Origin: an uncultured Dehalococcoidales bacterium
GTDB lineage: Bacteria; Chloroflexota; Dehalococcoidia; Dehalococcoidales; CAZFRL01
Assembly (NCBI GenBank): GCA_964521325.1
Contig: CAZFRL010000002.1
Span: 4,396-68,395 of the forward strand
Length of the DNA: 64,000 nt
Reading direction: 5' to 3'
Numbering within the stretch: the first letter of the stretch is position 1; each line of letters begins with the position of its first letter. A model generated the notes under the pieces. It was not told where the DNA came from and made no database searches. It saw only the letters and a program-made list of their open reading frames with translations. Below are positions 1-10,635 of this stretch, one piece after another. A program made the position numbers and the translations under genes.

Positions 1-233
1 TAGAGAGACTAGGTGGTTTCTATTCTACGCCGGGTTACTGCACTGAATACCTTCACCTTTATCTGGCTACAGACCTTACTCCCAGTCCACTTCAGGCCGA
101 GGACACTGAGAGCATTAAACTTATCACGGCGCCGATTAGTCAGATTCCCAACCTTATTGCTTCTGGCTCTATTTGCGATGCTAAGAGCATTGCCGGTCTG
201 CTTACCTTTTTAGAATATCAGAAAGCACGCTAA
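1..233 (+). CDS. NUDIX hydrolase (ADP-ribose pyrophosphatase-like), C-terminal part; 5' end outside window
   Basis: Frame 3 is open from the window edge to TAA at 231-233. It reads ...GGFYSTPGYCTEYLHLYLATDL..EDTESIKLI..SGSICDAKSIAGLLTFL, the usual C-terminal half of ADPRase-type NUDIX proteins. It is missing from the ORF track only because it has no in-window Met. It supersedes track ORF 13..213. Confidence 0.6.
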   Translation, partial: ERLGGFYSTPGYCTEYLHLYLATDLTPSPLQAEDTESIKLITAPISQIPNLIASGSICDAKSIAGLLTFLEYQKAR

Positions 234-324
234 AAAGCTCAGTTATAAGAATTGGCGAAGGTGGTAAGTGAGATGGCAGATGAACTGGGAATATTGCAGT
301 ACATGATGATATAGAGATAGACAA

Positions 325-966
325 TTAATCTCGATAATCAAGTAAAAAGATCTGCGTGCTGACAGGCAAATTCGACTTTGTGAAAGATAGCTTGGGTTGG
401 GAGTTGACCTCCTTTACCCCTATCTCCTTGAGAAACTTATCCACCGGCTCCAGTTCCCAGTTTAATGCCGGGGTTTTGTAGTGCATAGGCACCACCACCT
501 TTGGCTCAAGCTGCCGAACCACTTCGGCTGCCTCAGGGGCATTAACAGTGGACACCCCACCCACTGGGAGTAACAGCACATCCACATTACCTATCTCCTC
601 TACCTGCTCAGCGGTAAGGACATGCCCCAGGTCACCAAGGTGACATACTGATACCTCGTCTATCTCCATAAGATAGACAGTATTTTTGCCCCTCTTTCTA
701 CCCTTCTCACCATCGTGGAAAGTAGCTATGCCTATAATCAGGATACCGCTTATTTCATACTCACCAGGCCCAGTAATCAGCCTTGGTTTGCCATCAATGC
801 CCTGAACATAGGAATGACCTGGGTGCTGATGACTTACTGTTACAACACGAGCAGTGGACTTGCCCAGCGTATAGCCTAAGCCTGGTGAATAGGGGTCGGT
901 AATAACTACTATGCCATGCCTCCCCCTAATCCTGAAACAAGAATGACCTAGCCACGTAATATCCAT
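325..966 (-). CDS. MBL-fold metal-dependent hydrolase (UPF0173-like)
   Basis: MDITWLGHSCFRI... N-terminus and an SHQHPGH metal motif. Start moved to Met12 of the track ORF because it matches the family N-terminus. Confidence 0.85.
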   Translation of the reverse strand: MDITWLGHSCFRIRGRHGIVVITDPYSPGLGYTLGKSTARVVTVSHQHPGHSYVQGIDGKPRLITGPGEYEISGILIIGIATFHDGEKGRKRGKNTVYLMEIDEVSVCHLGDLGHVLTAEQVEEIGNVDVLLLPVGGVSTVNAPEAAEVVRQLEPKVVVPMHYKTPALNWELEPVDKFLKEIGVKEVNSQPKLSFTKSNLPVSTQIFLLDYRD

Positions 967-1136
967 TATCTTAGCCCTTTCTTGTCTAAAATATAGCATA
1001 GGCCAGCTTGCCGGTCAATTTACTATCCCCTTTAGCTTTTCATCGGGTACTGCCTCTTTAGCAGGGTGTCACCCCCTAAAACTCCCGGAATTACTTCAAA
1101 TTACCTTTCCCTAATATAAATTAGGTTATTTATCTC

Positions 1137-1165
1137 TTGACAATTAAGGCTGGACATGGTAAGTT
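1137..1165 (+). promoter_or_regulatory. sigma-70-like promoter of the hrcA-grpE-dnaK-dnaJ operon
   Basis: TTGACA (1137-1142), 17-nt spacer, TAAGTT (1160-1165). It lies directly upstream of the CIRCE element. Confidence 0.5.
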
Positions 1166-1174
1166 AAATAATAA

Positions 1175-1201
1175 TTAGCAGTCTAAGCCTGAGACTGCTA
1201 A
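1175..1201. promoter_or_regulatory. CIRCE operator (HrcA binding site)
   Basis: TTAGCAGTC-N9-GACTGCTAA is a perfect 9-bp inverted repeat with a 9-nt spacer, 50 nt upstream of hrcA. The consensus is TTAGCACTC-N9-GAGTGCTAA. Confidence 0.85.
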
Positions 1202-1251
1202 TCTGCCGATTTTAAAAATTTTAGCTCTTTCTGAGTCCGGAGGAGGTAAAG

Positions 1252-2295
1252 ATGTTATCTCCCAGAGCTGAGATGATACTCAAGTCTATAATAGGTCAAT
1301 ATATTACCCGGGCAACACCGGTGCCGTCGCAAAGCGTCATAAACGATTATGAACTGGCGGTAAGTCCGGCTACCGTCCGCAATGAGATGGCACACCTGGA
1401 GCAAGAAGGCTACATCACCCGTCCCTACCCTTCAGCCGGGAGCATACCATCAGATAAGGGCTACCGCTACTATGTAGAGTCCCTAAATGACATTGAGCTA
1501 CCTTTAAGCGAACAGCTTTTGGTAAGCCACCTCTTCCACCAGGTAGAGGGGGAGCTAAAGGAGTGGCTGAGTCTAGCGGCAACACTCACCGCTCAGATGA
1601 CCCAAAATGTGGCTATGGTAACTATACCTAAATCAGCGGACTGCCAATTCAAGCATCTGGAGCTGGTCATCCTACAAGACTCACTAGTACTGGTTGTCCT
1701 TATTCTTCATGGAGCCAGGGTAAAGCAACAGTTAATAACCTTTGACCAGATTATATCTCAAACACAACTAACAGCCATCTCTAACAAATTAACTACTGCC
1801 TATTCTGGACTGACCAGCTCACAGATTTTTGCTAAAGACATAGTGCTTTCCCCTATCGAACAGCAGGTAACCAATTGCCTGATTAAGATAATGCAGGCTG
1901 AAGATGAGCAGGACTATACGGAGCATTACTTGGATGGCTGGCACTTTATGCTTAACCAACCAGAATTTATCCGTAGCCACCAGATGCAGGCCTTGATGGA
2001 ATTAGTTGAACATAGAAGCCTGCTGATGACTATCACCCCTCACCAGCTACCCAGCTACAGGGTGCAAGTAATTATAGGTAAGGAGAATAAGGCAGAGGTT
2101 ATCCATAACTACAGCGTGGTTATCAAAGAATATGGTCTGCCTAATGAAGCTACTGGCACCATAAGCGTGGTCGGACCTACTCGAATGCCCTATGCCCGTA
2201 CCATCTCCACCATAGACTACCTGTCTTCAGTGCTAAGTAGACTTGTGGCCGAACTGTATGGTAAAACCGAGGCAACACCAGCCGATAAGGAGTAG
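1252..2295 (+). CDS. hrcA: heat-inducible transcription repressor HrcA
   Basis: N-terminal wHTH (SPATVRNEMAHLEQEGYITRPYPSAGSIPSDKGYRYYV), GGAGGAGG RBS, first gene of the dnaK operon. Confidence 0.95.
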   Translation: MLSPRAEMILKSIIGQYITRATPVPSQSVINDYELAVSPATVRNEMAHLEQEGYITRPYPSAGSIPSDKGYRYYVESLNDIELPLSEQLLVSHLFHQVEGELKEWLSLAATLTAQMTQNVAMVTIPKSADCQFKHLELVILQDSLVLVVLILHGARVKQQLITFDQIISQTQLTAISNKLTTAYSGLTSSQIFAKDIVLSPIEQQVTNCLIKIMQAEDEQDYTEHYLDGWHFMLNQPEFIRSHQMQALMELVEHRSLLMTITPHQLPSYRVQVIIGKENKAEVIHNYSVVIKEYGLPNEATGTISVVGPTRMPYARTISTIDYLSSVLSRLVAELYGKTEATPADKE

Positions 2296-2301
2296 ATAAT
2301 A

Positions 2302-2844
2302 ATGGCGCAAGAAGAAGCTAATGAGGGTCAAACCAGCAAGGCAGAAGAGGAAGTAGTTGAGGAGGATATTGAATCATTAAAAAAGGCTCTAGCTGAGACA
2401 AAAGCAGAGGCAGAGGCTAATCTGGCTGGCTGGCAAAGGGCCCAGGCAGACCTCATTAACTACAAGCGGCGCAATGAGCAGGAAAAGGAGGAGATTGGCA
2501 AGTTTGCTAACTCCGTGCTTATGCTTAACCTTCTACCCATTCTTGATGATATGGAACGAGCCTTCGCTTCTGTCCCATCTCATCTCGCCAAACTTAGCTG
2601 GGTAGAGGGTATCAGACTCATCAAGCATAAACTCTGGGCAAGCCTAGAGGCACAAGGGCTGTCCCAGATTAAGGCGCAAGGCGAACCATTCGACCCCAAT
2701 CTTCACGAAGCAGCAATGCACGGTAAAGGTAAGGAGGGGATGGTTATCGAGGAACTACAAAAGGGTTACAAATTACATGATAGGGTAATTCGCCCAGCTA
2801 TGGTAGTAGTGGGCAATGGAGAAGAAGAGGAGAAGGAGGATTAA
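2302..2844 (+). CDS. grpE: nucleotide exchange factor GrpE
   Basis: Coiled-coil N-terminus followed by a GrpE core (FDPNLHEAA...V..GY.L.DRVIRPAMV). Confidence 0.95.
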   Translation: MAQEEANEGQTSKAEEEVVEEDIESLKKALAETKAEAEANLAGWQRAQADLINYKRRNEQEKEEIGKFANSVLMLNLLPILDDMERAFASVPSHLAKLSWVEGIRLIKHKLWASLEAQGLSQIKAQGEPFDPNLHEAAMHGKGKEGMVIEELQKGYKLHDRVIRPAMVVVGNGEEEEKED

Positions 2845-2847
2845 ATA

Positions 2848-4749
2848 ATGGGAAAGGTTATAGGCATTGATTTAGGCACCACTTTTTCGGCGGTGGCAGT
2901 AATAGAGGCAGGAGAACCAGTAATTATCCCCAACGCTGAGGGCGGTCGTATTACCCCGTCAGTAGTAGCGGTGAGCAAGAGCGGCGAGCGCTTGGCGGGG
3001 CAGGTAGCCAAACGCCAGGCTATCACCAATCCTGACAATACCATCTTCAGTATCAAGCGTTTGATGGGGCGCAAGTTTGACGAGCCTTCGGTAGAATATG
3101 ACCGAAAGCTACTACCTTATAAGATAACCAAGGCAGCCAATGGTGATGCCAAGGTAGTAATGGGCGATAAGGAATATAGCCCGCCTGAAATCTCGGCAAT
3201 GATTATACAGAAGCTTAAGACTGACGCTGAGGCTTACCTTGGTGATAAGGTGAGTGAAGCTGTAATCACTGTGCCTGCCTATTTCAACGATAGTCAACGG
3301 CAGGCAACCAAGGACGCCGGTAAGATAGCCGGGCTGGAGGTATTGCGAATAGTAAACGAGCCAACTGCCGCTTCTCTAGCCTATGGATTGGATAAGAAAA
3401 AAGAGGAGACTATCGCCGTCTATGACCTTGGTGGCGGCACCTTTGATGTCTCCATCCTTGAGCTGGGTGAAGGCACTTTTCAAGTCAAGTCAACTAACGG
3501 CGATACCCACCTCGGTGGTGATGATTTTGACCAGAGAGTTATGGACTGGCTGTGTGACGAGTTCAAGCGAGACCAGGGAATAGACCTGCGGCAGGATAAA
3601 ATGGCGCTACAGCGACTTAAGGAAGCCGCCGAAAAGGCTAAAAGTGAGCTATCCACCGTCCAGCAAACTGAGGTAAACCTTCCCTTCATTACCGCTGACG
3701 CCAGTGGTCCCAAGCACCTTAATATTAATCTCACCCGGGCTAAGCTAGAGCAACTGGTAATGGATCTGGTGGAGAAAAGTCTAGGTCCCTGCCGCCAGGC
3801 ATTGACTGATGCTGAAAAGACACCAGCCCAGATTGATGAGGTGGTTTTGGTTGGTGGGCAGACCAGAACACCACTGGTCTACGAGAAGGTAAAACAATTC
3901 TTTGGTAAAGAACCCCACAAGGGGGTCAACCCGGATGAGGTAGTAGCCATCGGTGCCGCTATTCAGGCAGGAGTGCTCAAAGGGGAGGTCAAGGAGGTTC
4001 TGCTGCTTGATGTTACCCCTCTCACCCTGGGTATTGAAACCCTCGGTGGAGTGGCCACCTCTCTCATCACCCGCAATACCACTATCCCTACCGCCAAGAG
4101 CCAGATTTTCAGCACTGCTGCTGATAATCAGCCTAGCGTAGAGATTCATGTCCTCCAGGGAGAGAGACCCATGGCGGCTGATAACAGGACACTGGGGCGG
4201 TTTATGCTGGATGGTATCTTACCAGCATCACGGGGCGTGCCACAGATTGAGGTTACCTTTGATATTGATGCCAATGGTATCCTTAACGTTAAGGCTCACG
4301 ATAAGGGCACCGGCAAAGAGCAGAAAATCACAATCACTGCTTCCAGCGGGCTGAGCAAGGAAGAAGTAGAACATATGCAACGGGAAGCAGAGGCACACAC
4401 TGCTGAGGATGTCAAGCGACGTGAGGAAATAGAAACACGAAATACTGCTGATACCCTGGCTTATACTGCTGAAAGAACACTACGAGAGCAGAAGGATAAG
4501 ATACCTTCAGACTTGAACCAGGAGGTAGAAGGTAAGATAGCAGCAGTCCGCTCAGCATTGCAGGGCACGGATATTGAGGCTGTCCGTCGGGCGACGCAGG
4601 AATTAAACGAGGTTATGCAAAAAATAGGTGCCGCCATCTACCAGCAGCAACAGCCACCCCCCAGTGGTGAAACACCACCAGGCGGTGAGACACCCCCGGG
4701 TAAAGAAGGAGAAGAAGGTACTGTAGAGGGCGAGTTCCGCGAGGTCTAA
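2848..4749 (+). CDS. dnaK: molecular chaperone DnaK (Hsp70)
   Basis: [15 protein letters not shown] and VLVGGQTR Hsp70 signatures over 633 aa. Confidence 0.98.
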   Translation: MGKVIGIDLGTTFSAVAVIEAGEPVIIPNAEGGRITPSVVAVSKSGERLAGQVAKRQAITNPDNTIFSIKRLMGRKFDEPSVEYDRKLLPYKITKAANGDAKVVMGDKEYSPPEISAMIIQKLKTDAEAYLGDKVSEAVITVPAYFNDSQRQATKDAGKIAGLEVLRIVNEPTAASLAYGLDKKKEETIAVYDLGGGTFDVSILELGEGTFQVKSTNGDTHLGGDDFDQRVMDWLCDEFKRDQGIDLRQDKMALQRLKEAAEKAKSELSTVQQTEVNLPFITADASGPKHLNINLTRAKLEQLVMDLVEKSLGPCRQALTDAEKTPAQIDEVVLVGGQTRTPLVYEKVKQFFGKEPHKGVNPDEVVAIGAAIQAGVLKGEVKEVLLLDVTPLTLGIETLGGVATSLITRNTTIPTAKSQIFSTAADNQPSVEIHVLQGERPMAADNRTLGRFMLDGILPASRGVPQIEVTFDIDANGILNVKAHDKGTGKEQKITITASSGLSKEEVEHMQREAEAHTAEDVKRREEIETRNTADTLAYTAERTLREQKDKIPSDLNQEVEGKIAAVRSALQGTDIEAVRRATQELNEVMQKIGAAIYQQQQPPPSGETPPGGETPPGKEGEEGTVEGEFREV

Positions 4750-4752
4750 CTA

Positions 4753-5865
4753 ATGCCAACCAAACGGGATTATTATGAAGTCCTCGGTGTAGATAGAAAT
4801 GCTACCGAGGAGGAGATAAGAAGGGCTTTTCGTAAGCTAGCCTTCAAGTATCACCCCGACCACAACCACGAGGACAGGGCTGGGGAGAAGTTCAAGGAGG
4901 CAAATGAAGCCTACGAAGTGCTCTCCGACTCCGATAAACGCGCTACCTACGACCGTTTTGGGCACGGTGGAGCTGAAAGTATCTTCGGGCAGGGTTTTGA
5001 GGGGTTTGACTTCAGCGGCTTCGGTGATATTTTCGATGCCTTCTTTGGCGGGGCAACTACTGCCACCCGCCAGGCACCACAGCGTGGTACTGACTTACGC
5101 TATGCAATTACTATCACTTTCGAAGAGGCAGCCTTTGGTTGCGAAAAGGAGATAAAAATATCACGCACTGAGCACTGCTCCCTGTGCCAGGGTATTGGCT
5201 GTAAGCCAGACAGCCAACCCAGCCGCTGCCCCAACTGTAATGGTAGCGGGCAGGTTCGCCGAATTCACCAGAGCATCTTCGGTCGTTTCACCAATATTAC
5301 CACCTGTAGCCAGTGCCACGGCGAGGGCAGAATTATCACTGAGCCTTGTCCCCAATGTCGGGGCACAGGCAAGGAGAAGCGTCAGCGCAGCATTTTAGTC
5401 AAAATCCCAGCCGGGGTCAGTGATGGTTCCCAAATACGCATTAGCGGTGAGGGTGACGCTGGGTCGAGAGGTGGTCCTCCGGGCAATCTTTACGTTACCC
5501 TATCAGTAATGCCTCACCAGTTTTTCGCCCGAGATAATGACGATATCCTCTACGAGCTACCAATCAACTTTGCTCAAGCTGCTCTTGGCACCGAGGTAGA
5601 GGTGCCTACCCTAGATGGTAAAGTTAAGCTCAAGGTCCCGGCTGGCAGCCAAACCGGTAAAGTCTTTCGGCTTAAAGCCCGGGGTATTCCTCACCTCCAT
5701 GCAAGGGGATGTGGTGACCAGCTAGTTAGGTTATTTGTAGTTACCCCTGAAAAGCTAACTGATAAGCAACGCCAGCTACTGAAAGAGCTGGCAAACAGCC
5801 TCAGTCCAACTAACATGCCACCATCAGAAAAATGGGAGGGGCTTTTTCACAGCCAGTCGGACTAA
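4753..5865 (+). CDS. dnaJ: co-chaperone DnaJ
   Basis: J domain with HPD (KYHPDHN), a G/F region, and four CxxCxGxG zinc-finger repeats. Confidence 0.97.
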   Translation: MPTKRDYYEVLGVDRNATEEEIRRAFRKLAFKYHPDHNHEDRAGEKFKEANEAYEVLSDSDKRATYDRFGHGGAESIFGQGFEGFDFSGFGDIFDAFFGGATTATRQAPQRGTDLRYAITITFEEAAFGCEKEIKISRTEHCSLCQGIGCKPDSQPSRCPNCNGSGQVRRIHQSIFGRFTNITTCSQCHGEGRIITEPCPQCRGTGKEKRQRSILVKIPAGVSDGSQIRISGEGDAGSRGGPPGNLYVTLSVMPHQFFARDNDDILYELPINFAQAALGTEVEVPTLDGKVKLKVPAGSQTGKVFRLKARGIPHLHARGCGDQLVRLFVVTPEKLTDKQRQLLKELANSLSPTNMPPSEKWEGLFHSQSD

Positions 5866-6914
5866 GATCGCCTTCGGCGCCTGAAGAAGGAAAACAGCTT
5901 CCACTTTCGCCCAGATAATTCATGCTTAACCTCTGCCTCCATCAGCTCAGCCACCGCCTGGTGAAGGTCAACCCCCTCACACAGCACCTGATAAATCTTC
6001 TCGGTAATAGGCATCTCCAGCCCAATGTGCTGGGCTAGATTCCAGGCAGCAATAGTCGTGTTCACCCCTTCAGCCACACCAGTCATTGAACTTGCTATCT
6101 CCTCTAGCGAGCGCCCTTTGGTCAGCTCCACCCCCACATAGTGGTTGCGACTTAACGGGCTGGCACAGGTAGCTATCAAATCACCCAAGCCAGCTAACCC
6201 AGAAAAGGTGAGTGGATTTGCCCCCAAGGCAACCCCCAAAGCCGTCACCTCAGTTAGACCCCGAGTTATAAAGGCTGCCTTAGCATTGTCACCATAACCT
6301 AGCCCGTCAGCCATGCCAGCACCGATGGCAATGATATTCTTCAGTGCACCCCCTAACTCGACACCTATAACATCGGTATTGGTATATACACAAAAGTTGG
6401 GGGCGGTTAACAACCTCTGGGCTGTCCTGGCTACAGCTTCGTTCTCAGCAGCCGCTACTGTAACCGCTGGTAAATTACTGATAATCTCCCGGGAAAGATT
6501 GGGGCCGGAAAGGACACAAATATTAGACTGGAAACTAGGGTCTATCTCGTCAGCAATTACCTGGGACATACGCTTGTTGGTGCCAACCTCTAGACCTTTA
6601 GCCGCACTCACTACCAGCGTCGACTTTTTGAGATAGCCTCCGACCAACCTTATATTCTGGCGCATAGTCTGCGATGGTACAGCCAAAATTACCGCCTTTA
6701 CACCAGTTGAGGCTTCGCTTAATAAGCTGGTAACCGATAGCTGTGGAGGAAAGGTAATGCCAGATAGCAGAGCTGGATTAGGTCCGCTCTTCTTTAGTTT
6801 AGTGGCTTCATCTTCCGTCCGTGCCCACAACCTGACCTCTAGTCCCTTGCGGGCTAATACCACTCCTAGGGTCATTCCCCAGGTAGTAGTGCCGATGATA
6901 GCGATTTTGGGCAT
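5862..6914 (-). CDS. gpsA: NAD(P)H-dependent glycerol-3-phosphate dehydrogenase
   Basis: N-terminal Rossmann segment ([10 protein letters not shown]), GALKN motif, position next to plsY. Confidence 0.93.
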   Translation of the reverse strand: MPKIAIIGTTTWGMTLGVVLARKGLEVRLWARTEDEATKLKKSGPNPALLSGITFPPQLSVTSLLSEASTGVKAVILAVPSQTMRQNIRLVGGYLKKSTLVVSAAKGLEVGTNKRMSQVIADEIDPSFQSNICVLSGPNLSREIISNLPAVTVAAAENEAVARTAQRLLTAPNFCVYTNTDVIGVELGGALKNIIAIGAGMADGLGYGDNAKAAFITRGLTEVTALGVALGANPLTFSGLAGLGDLIATCASPLSRNHYVGVELTKGRSLEEIASSMTGVAEGVNTTIAAWNLAQHIGLEMPITEKIYQVLCEGVDLHQAVAELMEAEVKHELSGRKWKLFSFFRRRRRS

Positions 6915-6917
6915 GGC

Positions 6918-7604
6918 TTACTCTAGGCTGTCTGTAGATGGGGGCGAGGCTGCCTCCTTAACCTTATCGCCCAGCCTATGCTCCTTGCCTGACATTAACC
7001 TGGCAATATTATCCCGGTGCACTACAATAACCATTATTGTACCTATCAGCGCATAAACAAGAAGCTCAACACGAAACCCGTTCAGAATAATAAGGGGCAA
7101 TAATATGGCATAGGTGCCTACTGCCCCAATAATAGAGCCCAGCGAGACAAACCTGGTTAAGCCAGCTCCAATAATTAACACCTCGCCACCAAACAGGGCT
7201 GCCGGTGGGTACAAAACTAATAATCCACCAAAGAAGGTGGCAACTCCCCTCCCACCGCGAAATTTAACGAATATCGGCCAAACATGCCCAACTACAGCTG
7301 CCAAAGCTGCCATAACCTGGGCAGACAGCACCCCCAGAGGGAAGCCACCTACCACCAGAAAGTCTTCACCAATTATTAACCCGGCAAATACTACTGCCAG
7401 TACCCCCTTTAATACATCCAAGATACCTACCGTTATTGCCGCTTTTCTGCCAACGGTTCGTAACACATTGGTTGCCCCCATCTTACCGCTACCATACTGC
7501 CTGACATCTACTTTAGCCCTCCGCCTACTTATCAATACCCCAAAAGGAATAGACCCCAAAAGGTAACCTAAAGCTATTACAGCGACAAGTTTAGCAATTA
7601 TCAT
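6918..7604 (-). CDS. plsY: acyl-phosphate:glycerol-3-phosphate acyltransferase PlsY
   Basis: Polytopic membrane protein with SGKMGATNV and HVWPIF..FRGGRGVAT motifs. Confidence 0.92.
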   Translation of the reverse strand: MIIAKLVAVIALGYLLGSIPFGVLISRRRAKVDVRQYGSGKMGATNVLRTVGRKAAITVGILDVLKGVLAVVFAGLIIGEDFLVVGGFPLGVLSAQVMAALAAVVGHVWPIFVKFRGGRGVATFFGGLLVLYPPAALFGGEVLIIGAGLTRFVSLGSIIGAVGTYAILLPLIILNGFRVELLVYALIGTIMVIVVHRDNIARLMSGKEHRLGDKVKEAASPPSTDSLE

Positions 7605-8980
7605 GACTCACCTCTCGCTTTGAAGACTAAACGTAATGGAGTGCCAATGAAGCCAAATGATTTGCGTAGCTTGTTCTCCAGGTAACGTCGATAGGAAAAG
7701 TGTATCAGCTTAGTATCGTTGACAAAAAAGACAAAGGTTGGAGGGTTTACCTCAGCCTGAGTCGCGTATAGTATCTTCAGTTGCCTGCTACCGCTTCGCG
7801 GCACATTGTGAGCCGCCACTGCCTGCTGAACCACAGTATTGACCTCACCGGTAGAAAACCGCTTAAGCCTCTCTCGGTATACCTCACATACCTGAGGCAT
7901 AATCTTATCTACTCCCTGCCTAAGTTTAGCCGAAACAAAAAGTACTGGTGCATAAGGCATAAACCCGAGTCGGCGTCCGATATATCTTTTACACTCAGTT
8001 GTGTTATTATCCGTAGCTAAGTCCCACTTATTGACTATTAACACAATTCCTTTCGCCATCTGGCGAATATAACCACCCACATGCAAATCTTGAGCCGTAA
8101 CTAGCTCAGTAGCATCAAGCACCAGCAAAACTACATCAGCCCGCTCCATAGCCCGCAGGGCACGAATTACGCTATATCGCTCCACCCCCACCCCTAATCG
8201 ACCCCGCCGTCTGATACCAGCAGTATCAATAAATAGCACACTTTGCTCATCAAAGTCAAATAAGGTATCGATAGCATCGCGAGTGGTCCCTGGAACCTCA
8301 TCAACAATAGCCCGCTCCCTACCCAATAGGGCGTTTAACAGCGTTGATTTACCTACATTAGGTCTACCGACAATAGCCACCTTCATAACTCCCGGCTCAG
8401 CCTCAACCGGTGATGAAGCCGGTAACAGGGAGGTAATTCTGTCTAATAGCTCGGTAGTACCCCGACCGTGATAAGCTGAAATTGCCAAAGGCTCACCCAG
8501 CCCTAACTCATAAAACTCCACCACCTCGGTCTCAAGCCTGTCATTATCCACCTTATTAACCGCTAATAATATGGGTTTGCTTGCTTGACGAAGCCTATTA
8601 GCTATTTCCAGGTCAGCAGACACTACCCCAGCCTTGACATCCACCAGAAAAATAATGACATCAGCCTCAGTGATAGCCACCTCCGCCTGCTCCTTAACCC
8701 CTTGGGCAACAGTAGACATTGGTCTTAGCTCAAGACCGCCAGTATCAACCATAATAAATTCAACATCTTGCCAAGAAACATTAGCAAATATACGGTCACG
8801 GGTCGTCCCCGGTAAGTCCTCCACAATAGCCAGTGGCTTACCTACCACCCGATTTAACAGGGTAGATTTACCTACATTTTGCCTACCAATAATAGCCACA
8901 ATGGGCTTGCTCACCCTTACCTCCTCGCCCAGGAATCCCCGCTCACTAGGGCGTCTAAGAGTGTGAGTTAGATAACTCAT
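7601..8980 (-). CDS. der: ribosome-biogenesis GTPase Der (EngA)
   Basis: Two tandem GTPase domains (G1 motifs GRQNVGKST and GRPNVGKST) plus a KH-like C-terminus. An alternative start is GTG at 8914, behind GAGGAGG. ATG 8980 overlaps the upstream stop as ATGA. Confidence 0.95.
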   Translation of the reverse strand: MSYLTHTLRRPSERGFLGEEVRVSKPIVAIIGRQNVGKSTLLNRVVGKPLAIVEDLPGTTRDRIFANVSWQDVEFIMVDTGGLELRPMSTVAQGVKEQAEVAITEADVIIFLVDVKAGVVSADLEIANRLRQASKPILLAVNKVDNDRLETEVVEFYELGLGEPLAISAYHGRGTTELLDRITSLLPASSPVEAEPGVMKVAIVGRPNVGKSTLLNALLGRERAIVDEVPGTTRDAIDTLFDFDEQSVLFIDTAGIRRRGRLGVGVERYSVIRALRAMERADVVLLVLDATELVTAQDLHVGGYIRQMAKGIVLIVNKWDLATDNNTTECKRYIGRRLGFMPYAPVLFVSAKLRQGVDKIMPQVCEVYRERLKRFSTGEVNTVVQQAVAAHNVPRSGSRQLKILYATQAEVNPPTFVFFVNDTKLIHFSYRRYLENKLRKSFGFIGTPLRLVFKARGES

Positions 8981-9636
8981 TTCACCCCCGTTAATTCATT
9001 AGCCAGCCTCACGCTGGGGGGCTCAATCTCAGTCCTGGCAACCTTCCTCAGTTCACTAATACTATCCCTGAATTGCTGAACAAAGGCATTGTATTCCACC
9101 ACAAATCTGTTATACTGGTCTATAGTTGCCTGTGGCAGTTCAACCTTCTGCGCCACCTCATAAAATTGCTCTATAAATTCATAGTAATGGTTATTCACCA
9201 GCCACAGTTCATTCAAGTAAGTGCGCAGGTAAATGACAAAGCTCCTGGTTCTAGTATCGCTCTCCACTCTGCCAATAAAGCTATCACTCCAGGTATTGAA
9301 AATCCGCTGTGACATATCACAGGCTCGCGCCCAATCCCATAACTTGGGATCATCAACATTGAATAGAGTATCGATAATAGTAAAAATAGACAGAGATGAA
9401 CTACCCATAAATCGGCGATTAAAATACCCAGCCAATTGCCTGAGTCGCACTGATGAAAGCTCTAATTCCTTCTCTTTGGCTCCGGTTACCGCCACCACTA
9501 AGCCGATGATCAGGATAATAATCGCAGCCGGGGCTACAATCAAAATTGGCCATTCATAGATACAACCAACCACAGCTATTGCCGTTATTAAAATGGGAGA
9601 CCAACCTCGGCTTACCAGAGTCTTTAATACATACAT
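8977..9636 (-). CDS. hypothetical membrane-anchored protein (2 N-terminal TM helices plus a helical soluble domain)
   Basis: 219-aa ORF whose stop is coupled to the der start. The hydrophobic N-terminus is ILITAIAVVGCIY..ILIVAPAAIIILIIGLVVAV. I recognised no family. Confidence 0.6.
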   Translation of the reverse strand: MYVLKTLVSRGWSPILITAIAVVGCIYEWPILIVAPAAIIILIIGLVVAVTGAKEKELELSSVRLRQLAGYFNRRFMGSSSLSIFTIIDTLFNVDDPKLWDWARACDMSQRIFNTWSDSFIGRVESDTRTRSFVIYLRTYLNELWLVNNHYYEFIEQFYEVAQKVELPQATIDQYNRFVVEYNAFVQQFRDSISELRKVARTEIEPPSVRLANELTGVK

Positions 9637-9645
9637 GCCATCCTC

Positions 9646-10581
9646 CTATCGATAACCAGCCAGTGGTATCTCCATTCCGCCCAGCATTCTTGCTAGCAAC
9701 GCTTTCTGCAGGTGCATCCTATTCTCGGCCTGGTCAAAGACCACTGATTGCGGGCTATCTAAAATACCCTCAGCCACCTCCTCATCATAATGTGCTGGCA
9801 AAGGATGCATCAATATGGCATCTTCCTTGGCTAAAGACAAGAGTTCACTATTCACCTGATAGCTGGTAAATATCTGACGGCGCTCCTCAGCTTCAGCCTC
9901 CTGCCCCATACTCGCCCAGACATCAGTATAAACTACATCGGCTCCACTAACCGCCAGGCTTGGCTCACCGGTGCCAAATATTTCGGCACCACTATCAACA
10001 GCATACCCTTGAGCCAGCTGCAGTATTCTATCCTGAACAGTATAGCCAGCCGGGGAAGCAATCCGGAAATTCATCCCAGTAAGCGAAGCAGCCAGTAGCA
10101 AACTGTGAGCCACATTATTACCATCACCAACAAAGGCTAAAGTCAACCCGCTTAGCTCCCCCTTCTTCTCATAAATGGTAAGCAAGTCAGCCAGAGCCTG
10201 GCACGGGTGTTCCAAGTCAGACAGGGCATTTATCACCGGCACACTGGAATAGTCAGCCAGAATTTGTAAAGTCTGATGAGAAAAGGTGCGGGCAGCAATA
10301 GCATTTACGTAGCGACTGAGCACCCGAGCTACATCTGAAACTGGCTCACGCTCTCCCAGCCCCACCTCACCCGAAGACAGATAAATGGTATGTCCACCTA
10401 ACTGTCGCATAGCTACCTCAAAGCTAACCCGAGTCCTTAGCGAGGGTTTCTCAAATATGATAGCCAATATCTTTCTGTCAAGCAAGGAAAGCCAGCCCTC
10501 TGCCTTCATATCAACAGCATCTAATACGAGTGAGCGAATATCCTCGCCGCTAAGGTCAGATACTGAAAGTAAGTCCTTCAA
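9646..10581 (-). CDS. argF: ornithine carbamoyltransferase
   Basis: SLRTR carbamoyl-phosphate motif, HPCQ, and HPLP (LMHPLPA). TTG start behind AAGGGG. Confidence 0.93.
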   Translation of the reverse strand: MKDLLSVSDLSGEDIRSLVLDAVDMKAEGWLSLLDRKILAIIFEKPSLRTRVSFEVAMRQLGGHTIYLSSGEVGLGEREPVSDVARVLSRYVNAIAARTFSHQTLQILADYSSVPVINALSDLEHPCQALADLLTIYEKKGELSGLTLAFVGDGNNVAHSLLLAASLTGMNFRIASPAGYTVQDRILQLAQGYAVDSGAEIFGTGEPSLAVSGADVVYTDVWASMGQEAEAEERRQIFTSYQVNSELLSLAKEDAILMHPLPAHYDEEVAEGILDSPQSVVFDQAENRMHLQKALLARMLGGMEIPLAGYR

Positions 10582-10604
10582 ATCAACCCCTTAATATGCC
10601 CCAC

Positions 10605-10635
10605 AGTATACCACGAAAGAACAACTATTCAATAG
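10605..10635 (-). promoter_or_regulatory. candidate argF promoter with a palindrome over the -35
   Basis: On the minus strand: TTGAAT (10632-10627), 16 nt, TATACT (10610-10605). The 11-bp palindrome CTATTCAATAG (10625-10635) covers the -35. Confidence 0.4.

Noticed and set aside
13-213. Track ORF of 66 aa at the left edge
   Set aside because: It is Arg/Leu-rich and resembles nothing. Another frame of the same strand encodes a convincing NUDIX C-terminus through to TAA at 231-233, so this ORF is a frame shadow.
7114-7566. Long antisense ORFs inside plsY, prs (46090-46524), secA (47698-48153, 49042-49473), polX (51886-52353) and others
   Set aside because: Each lies fully inside a strongly supported gene on the opposite strand. 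Each has a Pro/Ser/Thr/Arg-rich low-complexity translation and no RBS. These are typical shadow ORFs of genes with a strong codon bias.
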